From an uncultured Hymenobacter sp. (GTDB lineage Bacteria > Bacteroidota > Bacteroidia > Cytophagales > Hymenobacteraceae), in the NCBI RefSeq assembly GCF_964243305.1, contig NZ_CAXTEF010000008.1, forward strand, positions 7,269 to 71,268: a stretch of DNA of 64,000 nt, read 5' to 3'. A program made the translations under genes and the position numbers. Positions 1-10,538 of this stretch are shown here, piece by piece (position 1 is the first letter of the stretch; every line of letters starts with the position of its first letter). Under the pieces are notes generated by a model that had not been told where the DNA came from, searched no databases, and was given only the letters and a program-made list of their open reading frames with translations.

Positions 1-1788
1 GGCAGCGTGTACGCCAGCTGGGAAATTATTTCTGGTCTCACGGCGCGCACCAGCTTCGGCATCAACAACATTCTGTTCGAGGATAAGTCCTTTAACACGT
101 CCATTGCGGGCGATGGTTTTTCCACGGTGGGCTCGGCTTCGAACTACAACCGGACCAACAAGCGCTGGAACTGGCAGAACACGGTCCAGTACGACCGCTC
201 CTTCGGCGGGAAGCACAACTTTTCCCTGCTGCTGGGCAACGAGCAGCAGCACACTGGCACCGAGCGCTGGGGCGCTACCCGCACCGGAGTAGCCGACGCA
301 TTCCTGACCAACTACCAAGGCACGTACACCAATATTGCGGCGGCGGGCAACTTGCAAAGCGAAAACTACCTGCTCTCCTACTTTGGCCGCCTCAACTATG
401 ATTTCGCCAAGAAGTACTTATTCACAGTCAATGCTCGGCGCGATGGCTCCTCGGTCTTTGCCAGAAAATGGGGCAACTTTTACGGAGCTTCCGCCGGTTA
501 CGTCGTCTCAGAAGAGAAATTCTGGAAGAATTCTTCGCTCGCCAATACGGTTAATTTCCTGAAAATTGTAGGCAGTTTCGGCAACGTCGGCAATAACCAG
601 GGCATCTTCGACTTTGCCTCGCTGCTGACTTACGAAAACAGCCTGTACGGCGACAACGCCACGCTCTATCTAAGCAACGTCGGCAACCAGCAACTCGGTT
701 GGGAGACCAGTAAGAAGACTGACCTCGGCGTCACCTTTGCTCTCTTTGGCGAACGGGTTACGGGGGACTTTACCTTCTACCGCAACTTATTGGACGGCCT
801 AATTTTGAGTGTACCCCAGGCGCCCTCGAAAGGCATTCCGGGCGCCGCGCCGGGCGACGTGCTCAACACCGGTAACAGTGCCTACCTAGCCAACGTGGGT
901 TCGGTGCGCAACACCGGCATCGAGTTAAATCTGCGGGCCACGCCCATCCAGACGACCAACTTCACCTGGACGGTGAGCGGCAACTTCACGACGCTCAAAA
1001 ACCGGGTGCTGAGCCTGGCCACCGAAGGCCAGCGCATCGGCACGGCCACGTCGCTGGAGACGATCAATTATACGCAAGTGGGCCGCTCAGTAGGCGAACT
1101 GCTGGCCGTACCCTCGCTGGGCGTAAATCCTGACAACGGCCGGCGTCTGATTCAGAAAGCCGACGGCACGGTGGCGCAATACAACCACCTGGGCGGCGGC
1201 TGGACCGACCGCGCCACGGGACGCCCCACCGCTACTCCTAATCAACTGGTGGATGGCATCTACTATGGACCGACCCTGCCAACCTGGTACGGGGGCTTCG
1301 ACAACACCTTCCGCTATCGCAGCTTCGACTTGGGCGTTTTCATCCAGTACTCGGGCGGCAACTACATCTACAACGGTACCAAGGCTGGCTTGCACGACCA
1401 GCGCTTCTGGAACAACGACGTGGACATTCTGGACCGCTGGACGGAAACCAATACCGACGGCGAGTGGCCGCGCGTGGTGTACGGCGACAACGTTTCCAAC
1501 GGCTCGGCCCTGATTATGTCGTCGAACATCGAGAAGGGCGACTTTGCCCGCCTGCGCAACGTCACGCTGGGCTACAACGTGAAGCCCAGCCTCCTGAGCC
1601 GCTTCAATATTGCCAGCGTCCGGGTATATGGGCAGGTGCAGAACGCGGCCCTGCTCACGAACTATTCCGGCATCGACCCGGAAATCTCCACCAACTCGGG
1701 CACCACTGCTAACACCGGCGCGGGCGTCGACCGCAACTCGGTGGGCCAGGCTCGAACTTACACGGTGGGCTTTAACATTGGTTTTTAA
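1..1788 (+). CDS. SusC/RagA-family TonB-dependent outer membrane receptor, C-terminal part (truncated by window start)
   Basis: Frame is open from base 1. Typical SusC barrel motifs (SYFGRLNYDF, RRDGSSVF, LGWETSKKTDLG, RLRNVTLGY, DPE), a C-terminal Phe (GFNIGF), and a SusD immediately downstream. Confidence 0.95.
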   Translation, partial: GSVYASWEIISGLTARTSFGINNILFEDKSFNTSIAGDGFSTVGSASNYNRTNKRWNWQNTVQYDRSFGGKHNFSLLLGNEQQHTGTERWGATRTGVADAFLTNYQGTYTNIAAAGNLQSENYLLSYFGRLNYDFAKKYLFTVNARRDGSSVFARKWGNFYGASAGYVVSEEKFWKNSSLANTVNFLKIVGSFGNVGNNQGIFDFASLLTYENSLYGDNATLYLSNVGNQQLGWETSKKTDLGVTFALFGERVTGDFTFYRNLLDGLILSVPQAPSKGIPGAAPGDVLNTGNSAYLANVGSVRNTGIELNLRATPIQTTNFTWTVSGNFTTLKNRVLSLATEGQRIGTATSLETINYTQVGRSVGELLAVPSLGVNPDNGRRLIQKADGTVAQYNHLGGGWTDRATGRPTATPNQLVDGIYYGPTLPTWYGGFDNTFRYRSFDLGVFIQYSGGNYIYNGTKAGLHDQRFWNNDVDILDRWTETNTDGEWPRVVYGDNVSNGSALIMSSNIEKGDFARLRNVTLGYNVKPSLLSRFNIASVRVYGQVQNAALLTNYSGIDPEISTNSGTTANTGAGVDRNSVGQARTYTVGFNIGF

Positions 1789-1800
1789 CTATATAGTTCG

Positions 1801-3336
1801 ATGAAAGCATCTTTAACCAAATTAGTTACCACCGGGCTTTGCACCGCGGCGCTGGCCTTCGGGACCATCTCGTGCCAGAACGATTTACTGGATCCCGTTC
1901 CTACCACTGCCTATCCCCGGGAGGTTGTGTTCGACACCCCGGCTCGCGTGGCGCTGCAAGTCAACGGCTTGTACTCCTTCGTGAAGGTCGGCAGCTTTCT
2001 GGGCGGCCGCTACCAGGTTTACAACGACGTGCGGGCCGACGATTTTCTCAACCTTCGCGGCAACGGCGTAACCGCCCTGGGAGTCTGGAATCACACCCTG
2101 AATGAGCAGTCGCTGAACGACGTTGTCAGCCTGTGGGCGGCTGCGTATCTGGCCATCAACCAAATTAACGTGTTTTTGGCGGGCATGGAAGCCAACGCCA
2201 GCAAGTTCGCGGCGGCGCCCTTTCCCGCCAACTTTGCCACTACTACGACCCTTAACTACCAGGCGGAAGCTCGGTTGTTGCGGGCCCTGAGCTACTACTC
2301 ACTGCTGCAGCTTTACGCCCGGCCCTACATCGACGGCAACGGCAGCAAGCCCGGCCTACCTCTGCGCCTGCAGGCCGAAACCGACGGCACCAATAACGAC
2401 TTGGCCCGCAGCACCGTAGCTGAGGTGTACAACCAGATTCTGCTGGACCTGAAGTTTGCGGAGGATAATTTGCCGCTGGCTTACACGGGTACCACGGCTC
2501 CTACCCTAAACGTGACTAGGGCCCACCGCAACACAGCCATCGCCTTAAGAACGCGCGTGTACCTGACGATGGGGCGCTACGACGATGTGATTTTAGAGGC
2601 TAATAAGCTGGTGCCGGCCGCGGCGCCGTTTGTGGCCCCAACCGGCGTCCGCCATGCGCTGAACCCTTCCATCACCGCCGTGTTTGCCGCTCCCCAGGAA
2701 ACCAACGAGAGCATCCTGAGCTTTCCCTTCACGGCTCAAAATGGCCCTGGCACCCAAAACCAGTTGGCTTTTTATTATCGTCCGGCCCCCGCTGGCAACG
2801 GCGAATACGCATTGAATTCCGGCGCCGGGGGCATCCTTGCCAACCCTGGCTTCCGGGCCACCGACCTGCGGCGAACCAGCCTGACCACGGCCTCGGGCAG
2901 CACCATCTACCTGAACAAGTTTCCCAATGGGGCGCCCTACCTGGACAAGGCGCCGGTAATTCGCTACCCGGAAGTGATGCTGAGCCTGGCCGAAGCCCGT
3001 TTCCGCACGGCTGGGCCCACCGACCCGCAGGCCGTAGCCCTGCTGAACGCGGTGCACCAGCGCTCCAATCCGCCTCTGCCTGTCACTCCCCCCGCTACGC
3101 CAGTTCCCTTCTCCTATCCAATCTTCACCACCGTCAGCGAGGCCGTTGATGCGGTATTGCTGGAGCGGCGCATTGAGTTCTTGGGCGAGGGCATCCGCAA
3201 TATTGACCTGATGCGGCTCAACGCTACGATTCCCGGCAAAGGCACCGTAAGTGAAGTGAAGCCAACTGACATTCTGTACGTCTGGCCCATTCCGGCTTCG
3301 GAGTTGGCTACCAACCGGCTTATGACCCGCAACTAG
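1801..3336 (+). CDS. RagB/SusD-family nutrient-binding lipoprotein
   Basis: Lipoprotein signal (GTISC). SusD motifs EARLLRALSYYSL, IRYPEVMLSLAEA, ERRIEFLGEG..DL.R and WPIPASE. Confidence 0.95.
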   Translation: MKASLTKLVTTGLCTAALAFGTISCQNDLLDPVPTTAYPREVVFDTPARVALQVNGLYSFVKVGSFLGGRYQVYNDVRADDFLNLRGNGVTALGVWNHTLNEQSLNDVVSLWAAAYLAINQINVFLAGMEANASKFAAAPFPANFATTTTLNYQAEARLLRALSYYSLLQLYARPYIDGNGSKPGLPLRLQAETDGTNNDLARSTVAEVYNQILLDLKFAEDNLPLAYTGTTAPTLNVTRAHRNTAIALRTRVYLTMGRYDDVILEANKLVPAAAPFVAPTGVRHALNPSITAVFAAPQETNESILSFPFTAQNGPGTQNQLAFYYRPAPAGNGEYALNSGAGGILANPGFRATDLRRTSLTTASGSTIYLNKFPNGAPYLDKAPVIRYPEVMLSLAEARFRTAGPTDPQAVALLNAVHQRSNPPLPVTPPATPVPFSYPIFTTVSEAVDAVLLERRIEFLGEGIRNIDLMRLNATIPGKGTVSEVKPTDILYVWPIPASELATNRLMTRN

Positions 3337-3365
3337 GCGAATAACAGCTCCTTAACCGCTCCTGC

Positions 3366-3408
3366 AAAAGCGGCTGGCCTAACACTGGGTCAGCCGCTTT
3401 TACTTTTT
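3366..3408. terminator. Bidirectional intrinsic terminator between susD and the RDD gene
   Basis: AAAAGCGGCTGGCC...GGTCAGCCGCTTTT stem with A/T tracts on both sides, between convergent genes. Confidence 0.8.
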
Positions 3409-3444
3409 TAGTCAGCGAAGAGTACGCTTTTTCTTACAACTACT

Positions 3445-4164
3445 TTATGCCCCATGCGCCACCAGGTGGGCGTGGTCGCGCAGCACGGTGCGCAGAAAGG
3501 CCTCGTCGCGCAGGTCGGTGTGGATGCCGGTCAGGGCCTTCACCTTGTTGGCCGTCTCGTTCAGCAGCAGGTAGTTTTCCTTGCGGGTGCTTTGGTAGAG
3601 CAGCTGACGCAGCAGGGCGGCGTCGTGGTCGGAGAGCTGGGCGGCCTGCGGAAACACCACCTGGTAGCCGGGCGGCGGCAACTCGGTGGCCAGCGCGCCA
3701 CGAAAATCGGTGGGCCGGCGGCGCAGGCTGATGACGGTGGTGCCGGCCGCCAAATCGCCCAGGCGCTGCCCGCGGCCGTTGAGCAGAATAGTGAGAATGG
3801 CCACGCCGCCCAGGCAGGCCACAATCTCCAGGGGCCGCAACAGCCAGCGCAGCAGGTAGTCGCCGAGACCGGGCCGGGTGCCGTCGAGGCGCACCACGCG
3901 CAGGTCGCGGGCTTTTTTGCCCAACGACTGCCCGTTGAAGAGCACCTCGCAAAGCAGAAAATAGAACGTAGTGGGCGCCATCATCAGCAGCATCACCGTG
4001 TTGCCCAGCCCGAAACCGAGTTGGTTGCGCAGCACCCCGAAAAAAATAAACCACACGATATAGAGCGCATAGTCGATGAGCGTGGCCAGCAGCCGGTCGC
4101 CCACGCTGGCCGTTTCGTATTCCAGGGTGACGTTCTGGGTGGTTTGGACGCGAATCGTGGCCAT
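3445..4164 (-). CDS. RDD-family membrane protein
   Basis: Motifs ASVGDRLLATLIDY, GQSLGKKARDLRVV and QRLGDLAAGTTVI, with hydrophobic helices. Confidence 0.9.
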   Translation of the reverse strand: MATIRVQTTQNVTLEYETASVGDRLLATLIDYALYIVWFIFFGVLRNQLGFGLGNTVMLLMMAPTTFYFLLCEVLFNGQSLGKKARDLRVVRLDGTRPGLGDYLLRWLLRPLEIVACLGGVAILTILLNGRGQRLGDLAAGTTVISLRRRPTDFRGALATELPPPGYQVVFPQAAQLSDHDAALLRQLLYQSTRKENYLLLNETANKVKALTGIHTDLRDEAFLRTVLRDHAHLVAHGA

Positions 4165-4343
4165 TGGCAGGTGGGAATTTAAGGAAGCCGCAGCACGCCA
4201 GCGTATTCTTTGGCCGGCGTCGCGAATCTGCTGCGAACCTAACGCCCGGCGCGGCTTTCTGTTTGGCGGCGGGCCCCGAACCAGCCGGCTTCCTACATTT
4301 ACTTTTCTCTTTCCCGGCGCCCACTATTCCCTACCCCCCTGCT

Positions 4344-5333
4344 ATGCGCGAAGCCCTTTTCCTGCGCCAAAACCAGGACCGCTGGCGCGGCTACGAAGCC
4401 CGGCCCGCCGCCGGCCCTGCCGGGTCGGACCCCGACGAGCTGGCCGCCCGCTTCGTGGCCCTGACTGACGACCTGGCCTACGCCCAGACGTTCTACCCCG
4501 CCTCGCCCACCACGGCCTACCTCAACACCCTGACCGGGCAGCTGCACCAGCGCCTTTATAAAAACAAAGCCGAGGGCCGCGGCCGGCTGCGGCAGTTCTG
4601 GGGCACCGAGCTGCCGCTGGTCGTGGCCCGCAACCGCCGGCCGCTGCTGCTGGCCGCGCTCGTGTTCGGGCTCTTCGCCCTGATTGGCGCCTTGTCGGCG
4701 GCCTACGACGACTCGTTTGTGCGCGTCGTGCTCGGCGACGAGTACGTGAACCGAACGCTGGAAAACATCCACCGCGGCGACCCGATGGCCATCTACAAGA
4801 GCGAGAACGAGACGCCCATGTTCCTGTTTATCACCTTCAACAACGTGCGCGTGGCCCTGCTCACCTTCGCCAGCGGCATCACGGCTGGCGCGGGCACGCT
4901 CTACCTGCTCTTCACCAACGGCGTGATGCTGGGCGCGTTCCAGTATTTTTTCTACCAGCAGCACGTGCTCCAGGCCTCGCTGCTCAGCATCTGGATTCAC
5001 GGCACGCTGGAAATCTCGGCTATTATTCTGGCCGGCGGCGCGGGCCTGGTCATGGCGCGGGGCCTGCTCTTTCCGGGCACCTTCAGCCGGGCCGAAGCCT
5101 TTCGCCACTCGGCCCGCGAGGGGTTGAAGCTGGCCGTCGGGCTGGTGCCGATTTTCATCGTCGCCGGCTTCCTGGAAGGCTTCGTGACGCGCCACACCGA
5201 AATGCCGGTGGCCGCCAGCCTGGCTATCATTGGCTCCTCGGCGGCGTTTATGGGCTGGTACTTTGGCCTTTATCCGGGCCAGGTGCAGCGCCGGCTGGCC
5301 CAGGCCGCCGCCCAGCCGCCGCCGGCCCCCTGA
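4344..5333 (+). CDS. Stage II sporulation protein M (SpoIIM/DUF95)-like membrane protein
   Basis: ATG at 4344 (MREALFLRQNQDRW) is preferred to the track start. Motifs DDLAYAQTFYP, NNVRVA, NGVMLG, IHGTLEISA and GFLEGFVT. Confidence 0.88.
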   Translation: MREALFLRQNQDRWRGYEARPAAGPAGSDPDELAARFVALTDDLAYAQTFYPASPTTAYLNTLTGQLHQRLYKNKAEGRGRLRQFWGTELPLVVARNRRPLLLAALVFGLFALIGALSAAYDDSFVRVVLGDEYVNRTLENIHRGDPMAIYKSENETPMFLFITFNNVRVALLTFASGITAGAGTLYLLFTNGVMLGAFQYFFYQQHVLQASLLSIWIHGTLEISAIILAGGAGLVMARGLLFPGTFSRAEAFRHSAREGLKLAVGLVPIFIVAGFLEGFVTRHTEMPVAASLAIIGSSAAFMGWYFGLYPGQVQRRLAQAAAQPPPAP

Positions 5334-5381
5334 TTTTAGTTATGCTTATCCTATCCTCTTATTCTCTACCCCCCCTCGCGC

Positions 5382-6362
5382 ATGGCAATACTCTTTACCC
5401 AGGAAGCCGACTTTCGCCAGGAGCGCGAGTTCGGCCAGAAAATTAGCGCCGCGTTCGACTTCATTCGGGTGCACTGGCGGCCATTGGGCCGGGTGCTGCT
5501 CTACACGGTGCTGCCCGCCGCTCTGCTCACCGGCGTGCTGAACTCGACGCTGCAGCTCACAATGTGGAGCAAGCTCACGGCGCCGGCCACGGCCGGCCTC
5601 CGCGGCGCCCAGGCCCAGCTGGCCCAGCTAAGCGAGCTGACCGGCTCGCCCCTCTACTGGCTTAATCTGCTGCTGACCATCGCCTTTTTCAGCCTGCTGG
5701 TGCTCAGCGTTTACGGCTACGTGCTCGGCTGCCTGCGCGGCGCGGCCAGCCGCCTGGCCAGCCCGGACGGCGCCGACTCCCTACCCCCCGCCGCTGGCGT
5801 AAGCGTGGCCGAGGTGTGGCGGGTTATCCGGCGCGAGTTTGTGAGCACCTATTTCTCCATTTTCGGCATTTATTTTCTGATTGGGGTAGGCTTCTTTTTT
5901 CTGGTGCTGCCGGGCCTGTACCTCAGCATCATGCTGAGCCTGTTTTTCATTGTTAAGCTGGTTGAGGGCACCGGTTTTCGGGATACCGTCGGCCGGTGCC
6001 GGCAGCTGATTCGGGGCAAGTGGTGGTCTACGTTCGGGCTTATTTTCGTGATGGGCCTGCTGGTTTGGGGCTTGTTCATTCTGGTGGGCATCGTCTCGAC
6101 ACTGCTCGGGGGCGGGGCCGCCGTGCTGCTCCGCGGCAATGCCTGGCAGTCGCCGGTGTTCGTCATCGTCGCCAACACACTCAGCACCGGGCTGGCGCTG
6201 CTCTTCTACCCGCCGCTGCTGCTGGTGCTGGCTTTTCAGTATTTTAATCTGGTCGAGCGGCAGGAGGGCGTAGGTCTGCGCGGCCTCGTGGGGCAGTTGG
6301 GCCAGGTCGGCCCCACGGCCCGCAACGCCAGCTACCGGGCCAGCGAGGAGGGCGAATATTAA
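5382..6362 (+). CDS. Multi-pass membrane protein of the RDD/SpoIIM/MoxR cluster (GDPD-membrane-domain-like)
   Basis: RQEREFGQKISAAFDFIR, several TM helices, GKWWSTFG, and YFNLVERQEGVGL at the C-terminus; positioned within the cluster. Confidence 0.75.
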   Translation: MAILFTQEADFRQEREFGQKISAAFDFIRVHWRPLGRVLLYTVLPAALLTGVLNSTLQLTMWSKLTAPATAGLRGAQAQLAQLSELTGSPLYWLNLLLTIAFFSLLVLSVYGYVLGCLRGAASRLASPDGADSLPPAAGVSVAEVWRVIRREFVSTYFSIFGIYFLIGVGFFFLVLPGLYLSIMLSLFFIVKLVEGTGFRDTVGRCRQLIRGKWWSTFGLIFVMGLLVWGLFILVGIVSTLLGGGAAVLLRGNAWQSPVFVIVANTLSTGLALLFYPPLLLVLAFQYFNLVERQEGVGLRGLVGQLGQVGPTARNASYRASEEGEY

Positions 6363-6449
6363 GTTCTGCCAACAGGGCCTGGGCCGCCAGCAGGGGGGTA
6401 GGGAGCAGCTTTTTTAAAACGATACCAGGTAACATTTAACAAGTTTGCG

Positions 6450-7298
6450 GTGAGGCCAGCGGCAGCAGCATTTTCCAGCCGGGGGGCCCGCCCTTCCCAG
6501 CCCTCCCGGCGCGGGCCGCACCAGCTGGCGGGCGCGCTGGCTTTCCTCGGCCTGACCCTGAGCCTGGCCTTGGCCCCACCAGCCGCGGCCGGACCGGGCC
6601 CTACCCCCCCTGATTCGGCCCAGGCCACCGCCGCGCTGGGGCGGCGCCCGCTGCCGCCCGACCTGACCGCGCCGCTGCCCCCGCGCCCGGCTGATGCGGC
6701 CCGCCTGCGCGAGCTGCGCCAGCAGCGCGAGTTCACCTACGTCGAGGCCGCCCCGGAAGCGGCGAGCGCCTGGGACTTGTTCTGGCGGCGCGTGGGGCAG
6801 GCTTTGCGGCGCTGGCTGGCCAGCCGCAGCTACGAGGGCTTCTGGCGCTGGGTGTTCTACGCCCTGTTCCTGGGCGCGGCGGTGTTCATCGTGCTCAAGC
6901 TGCTGCAAGTCGATGTGACGGGTGCCTTCGGCCGCTCGGCCCGTCCGGTGCCGCTGGGCTACGATACGCTCGCGGAGAACATCCACGAGGTTGACTTTCA
7001 GGCCCGCTTGGCCGAAGCTGAGGCCGTCGGCAATCACCGCCTGGCCCTGCGCCTGGGCTACTTGCAGCTGCTCAAGCGCCTGGCCGACCACGGCCTGATT
7101 GCCTGGCAGCCCGACAAAACCAACCACGCCTACCTGGCCGAGCTGCCCGCCGCCGGCCCCCTGCGCCCCGCCTTCGGCGAGCTGACCCGGCAGTTCGAGT
7201 ACGTCTGGTACGGCGAGCTGCCGCTGCCCGCCAGCCTCTACGCCGAGGCTCGCGCCGGGCAGCAGGCGCTGAGCCGGGAGCTGGGGGAAGCAGGATGA
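6450..7298 (+). CDS. DUF4129 domain membrane protein
   Basis: Signal-like N-terminus and one TM. C-terminal ALRLGYLQLLKRL..WQPDKTNHAY..FEYVWYG pattern. Confidence 0.85.
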   Translation: MRPAAAAFSSRGARPSQPSRRGPHQLAGALAFLGLTLSLALAPPAAAGPGPTPPDSAQATAALGRRPLPPDLTAPLPPRPADAARLRELRQQREFTYVEAAPEAASAWDLFWRRVGQALRRWLASRSYEGFWRWVFYALFLGAAVFIVLKLLQVDVTGAFGRSARPVPLGYDTLAENIHEVDFQARLAEAEAVGNHRLALRLGYLQLLKRLADHGLIAWQPDKTNHAYLAELPAAGPLRPAFGELTRQFEYVWYGELPLPASLYAEARAGQQALSRELGEAG

Positions 7299-7458
7299 GA
7301 GCTGTCGCGCAAAAAGGCGGTCATGCTGAGCCTAAGCGAAGCATCTCTACCGCAGCACTAATTCAATTTTTGAAAAAGCTGATTACTACCCCACGCGAGA
7401 TGCTTCGCTTAGGCTCAGCATGACCGCCTTTTTGCGCGACCTTTTTGCGCGACAGCTC
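7299..7458. repeat. Long palindromic element (GTCATGCTGAG...CTCAGCATGAC family), copy 1
   Basis: Perfect 44-bp arms at 7304-7347 and 7397-7440. A 13-bp tandem duplication CTTTTTGCGCGAC follows at 7441-7453. Confidence 0.93.
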
Positions 7459-7497
7459 ACCGTAATTTAGGGTGTTATATAGCACCAAATCTATTAT

Positions 7498-9012
7498 ATG
7501 ACCTCGCTCCGCTGGTACCTGCTCGGCCTGCTGGCCTTATTCGGCGCCTTTGTGGCGCTGGAATACTACCGGCCCCGGCCGCTGGACTGGCGCCCCACCT
7601 ACCTGAGCAAGGAGAAGATTCCCTACGGCACCTTCGTGCTTTATGACCAACTGCCGCGCCTGCTCGGCACCGACTCGGTGCAAATCGTGCGCGTGGCGGC
7701 CTTCAACCAGCTCACCGGCATTGCCGCCGACCCGGAGGAGTTTGAGGACGTGGAGGAGCTGGTTGAGCCCGCTACCGACACGGCGCAGGCCGCCGACAGC
7801 GCCAGCCGGCGGACGGGATCCCCGCCGGCCCCCGCAGCGGCCGACAGCGCCGCCGACATAGTGCAACCCGAAACTGACGCAGCGCCCGCAACTGATTCAG
7901 CAGTTGAAACCGGCGAGAAAGCAACCAGCGGCGAGCTAGCCACTGAGCAAAGCAAGGAAGCCGACGCCCCTACCGACACCACGCGCCCGGCAGCGCGGGA
8001 TGAAATTCCGTTGCGCCCGGCCCGCGCCAACTACCTGTTCATCGCCGAGGACATCCGCCTGGCGCCCTCCGACACGCGGGCACTGCTGCGCTACGCCGCC
8101 CAGGGCCACGACGTGTTCATCGGCGCCGAGGACTTCGGTGGCACCCGCCCCGGCTCGCTGGCCGACTCGCTCGGCTTCGAGAGCCGCGCCCTGGACTTGG
8201 GCGTGCCCCGGCTGAAAGCGGGCGCTGCCCCTACCCCCCCCGATTCGGTGAGCCTGCGCTTCACCAACGCCGGGCTGCGCGGCCCAACCTACCGCCTGCC
8301 GGGCGAGGGCGGCGCGTATCGGCTGAGCGTGGCGGCCGGCCGCCGCGGCGCCACGCTGGCCGCCGACGCGCAGGGCCGGGCCGTCTTTATTCGATTAGAT
8401 TACGGAAAGGGCCATTTCTACCTGTGCTCGGTGCCGCTGGCCTTCACCAACTACTTCGTGCTGCGGCCCCAAACCACGGGCCTCGCCACCGGGATGCTCT
8501 CCTACCTGCCGCCGCGCCCGGCCTGGTGGGACGAATATGAGAAAACGGGGCCCGTCGGCGAGCAGTCCTTGCTGCGGGTGCTGCTGGCCCACGACGCCCT
8601 GCGCATGGCCTTCTATCTGAGTTTGCTCGGCGGGCTGCTGTTTGTGCTGATTGAGGCCCGGCGCCGGCAGCGCATCATTCCCACGCTCAAGCCCTTGCCC
8701 AACACTACGCTGCTGTTTACGCGCACTGTGGCCGGCCTCTACCAGCAGGGCCGCAGCCACGCCCTGATTGCCGAGAAAAAAGTCAGTCTGTTTCGGGACT
8801 ACCTGCGCACCCATTTCCAGGAGCCTACCCCCGACTTCGGCGACGAAGCTTTTCGTGAGCGGCTGGCCCACAAAGCCGGCCTGCCCCGCGCCCGCGTCGA
8901 TGAGCTGCTGCGCCTCGTCAACTTTGCCCGCACCGCCCCCCAGGTCACTGACCGCGAGCTGCTCCGGCTCAGCCGCGCGCTGAATGACTTTCGGCGCGAG
9001 GCCAAGCGGTAA
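7498..9012 (+). CDS. DUF4350 domain protein
   Basis: N-terminal TM, W.PTY...KIPYGT motif, C-terminal TM followed by RRRQRIIP..PN.TL.F.RTVAGLY. Contains an acidic low-complexity insert. Confidence 0.82.
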   Translation: MTSLRWYLLGLLALFGAFVALEYYRPRPLDWRPTYLSKEKIPYGTFVLYDQLPRLLGTDSVQIVRVAAFNQLTGIAADPEEFEDVEELVEPATDTAQAADSASRRTGSPPAPAAADSAADIVQPETDAAPATDSAVETGEKATSGELATEQSKEADAPTDTTRPAARDEIPLRPARANYLFIAEDIRLAPSDTRALLRYAAQGHDVFIGAEDFGGTRPGSLADSLGFESRALDLGVPRLKAGAAPTPPDSVSLRFTNAGLRGPTYRLPGEGGAYRLSVAAGRRGATLAADAQGRAVFIRLDYGKGHFYLCSVPLAFTNYFVLRPQTTGLATGMLSYLPPRPAWWDEYEKTGPVGEQSLLRVLLAHDALRMAFYLSLLGGLLFVLIEARRRQRIIPTLKPLPNTTLLFTRTVAGLYQQGRSHALIAEKKVSLFRDYLRTHFQEPTPDFGDEAFRERLAHKAGLPRARVDELLRLVNFARTAPQVTDRELLRLSRALNDFRREAKR

Positions 9013-9235
9013 TCTGCTGAATTATACCCATTTTGCAACTGGTTTACGGCGTGATTCCCAATTATTGCACTGAGGCAAGAAGCAGGTTTTTGCTTGAATT
9101 GCACAATTTTAATAAAGTGCCTTTACGGTCATGCTGCGGGCGCTTATGCTCACTTTTAGCTGACTTTATTCGGGCTTTAAGCCTTTCCCGCTCTTTGCTT
9201 TTCACCGCTCCGGCCTGTCTCGTCTGCTTCTCTTC

Positions 9236-10375
<1,140 letters not shown>

Positions 10376-10403
10376 CTTATCAGGCTATGGGCCCCTTACA
10401 TCC

Positions 10404-10506
10404 GTCATGCTGACGAAGGAAGCATCCTATCACGCCTTAACCAGCAGTATATCACTAATTACTGCGTCGTTCAAGCGCGGTAGGATGCTTCCTTCGTCAG
10501 CATGAC
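10404..10506. repeat. Long palindromic element, copy 2
   Basis: Perfect 26-bp arms GTCATGCTGACGAAGGAAGCATCCTA (10404-10429) and TAGGATGCTTCCTTCGTCAGCATGAC (10481-10506). Confidence 0.93.
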
Positions 10507-10538
10507 AGCCGATTTTTTGCCGTCTACTTCTTTTATCC

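Noticed and set aside
3440-4324. 294-aa alternative-frame ORF overlapping the RDD gene
   Set aside because: Arg/Pro-rich off-frame reading; the RDD frame has the family motifs.
9013-9235. AT-rich 220-bp gap before moxR as an sRNA or riboswitch
   Set aside because: I could see no convincing stem, terminator or known motif; an internal promoter is possible but unsupported.
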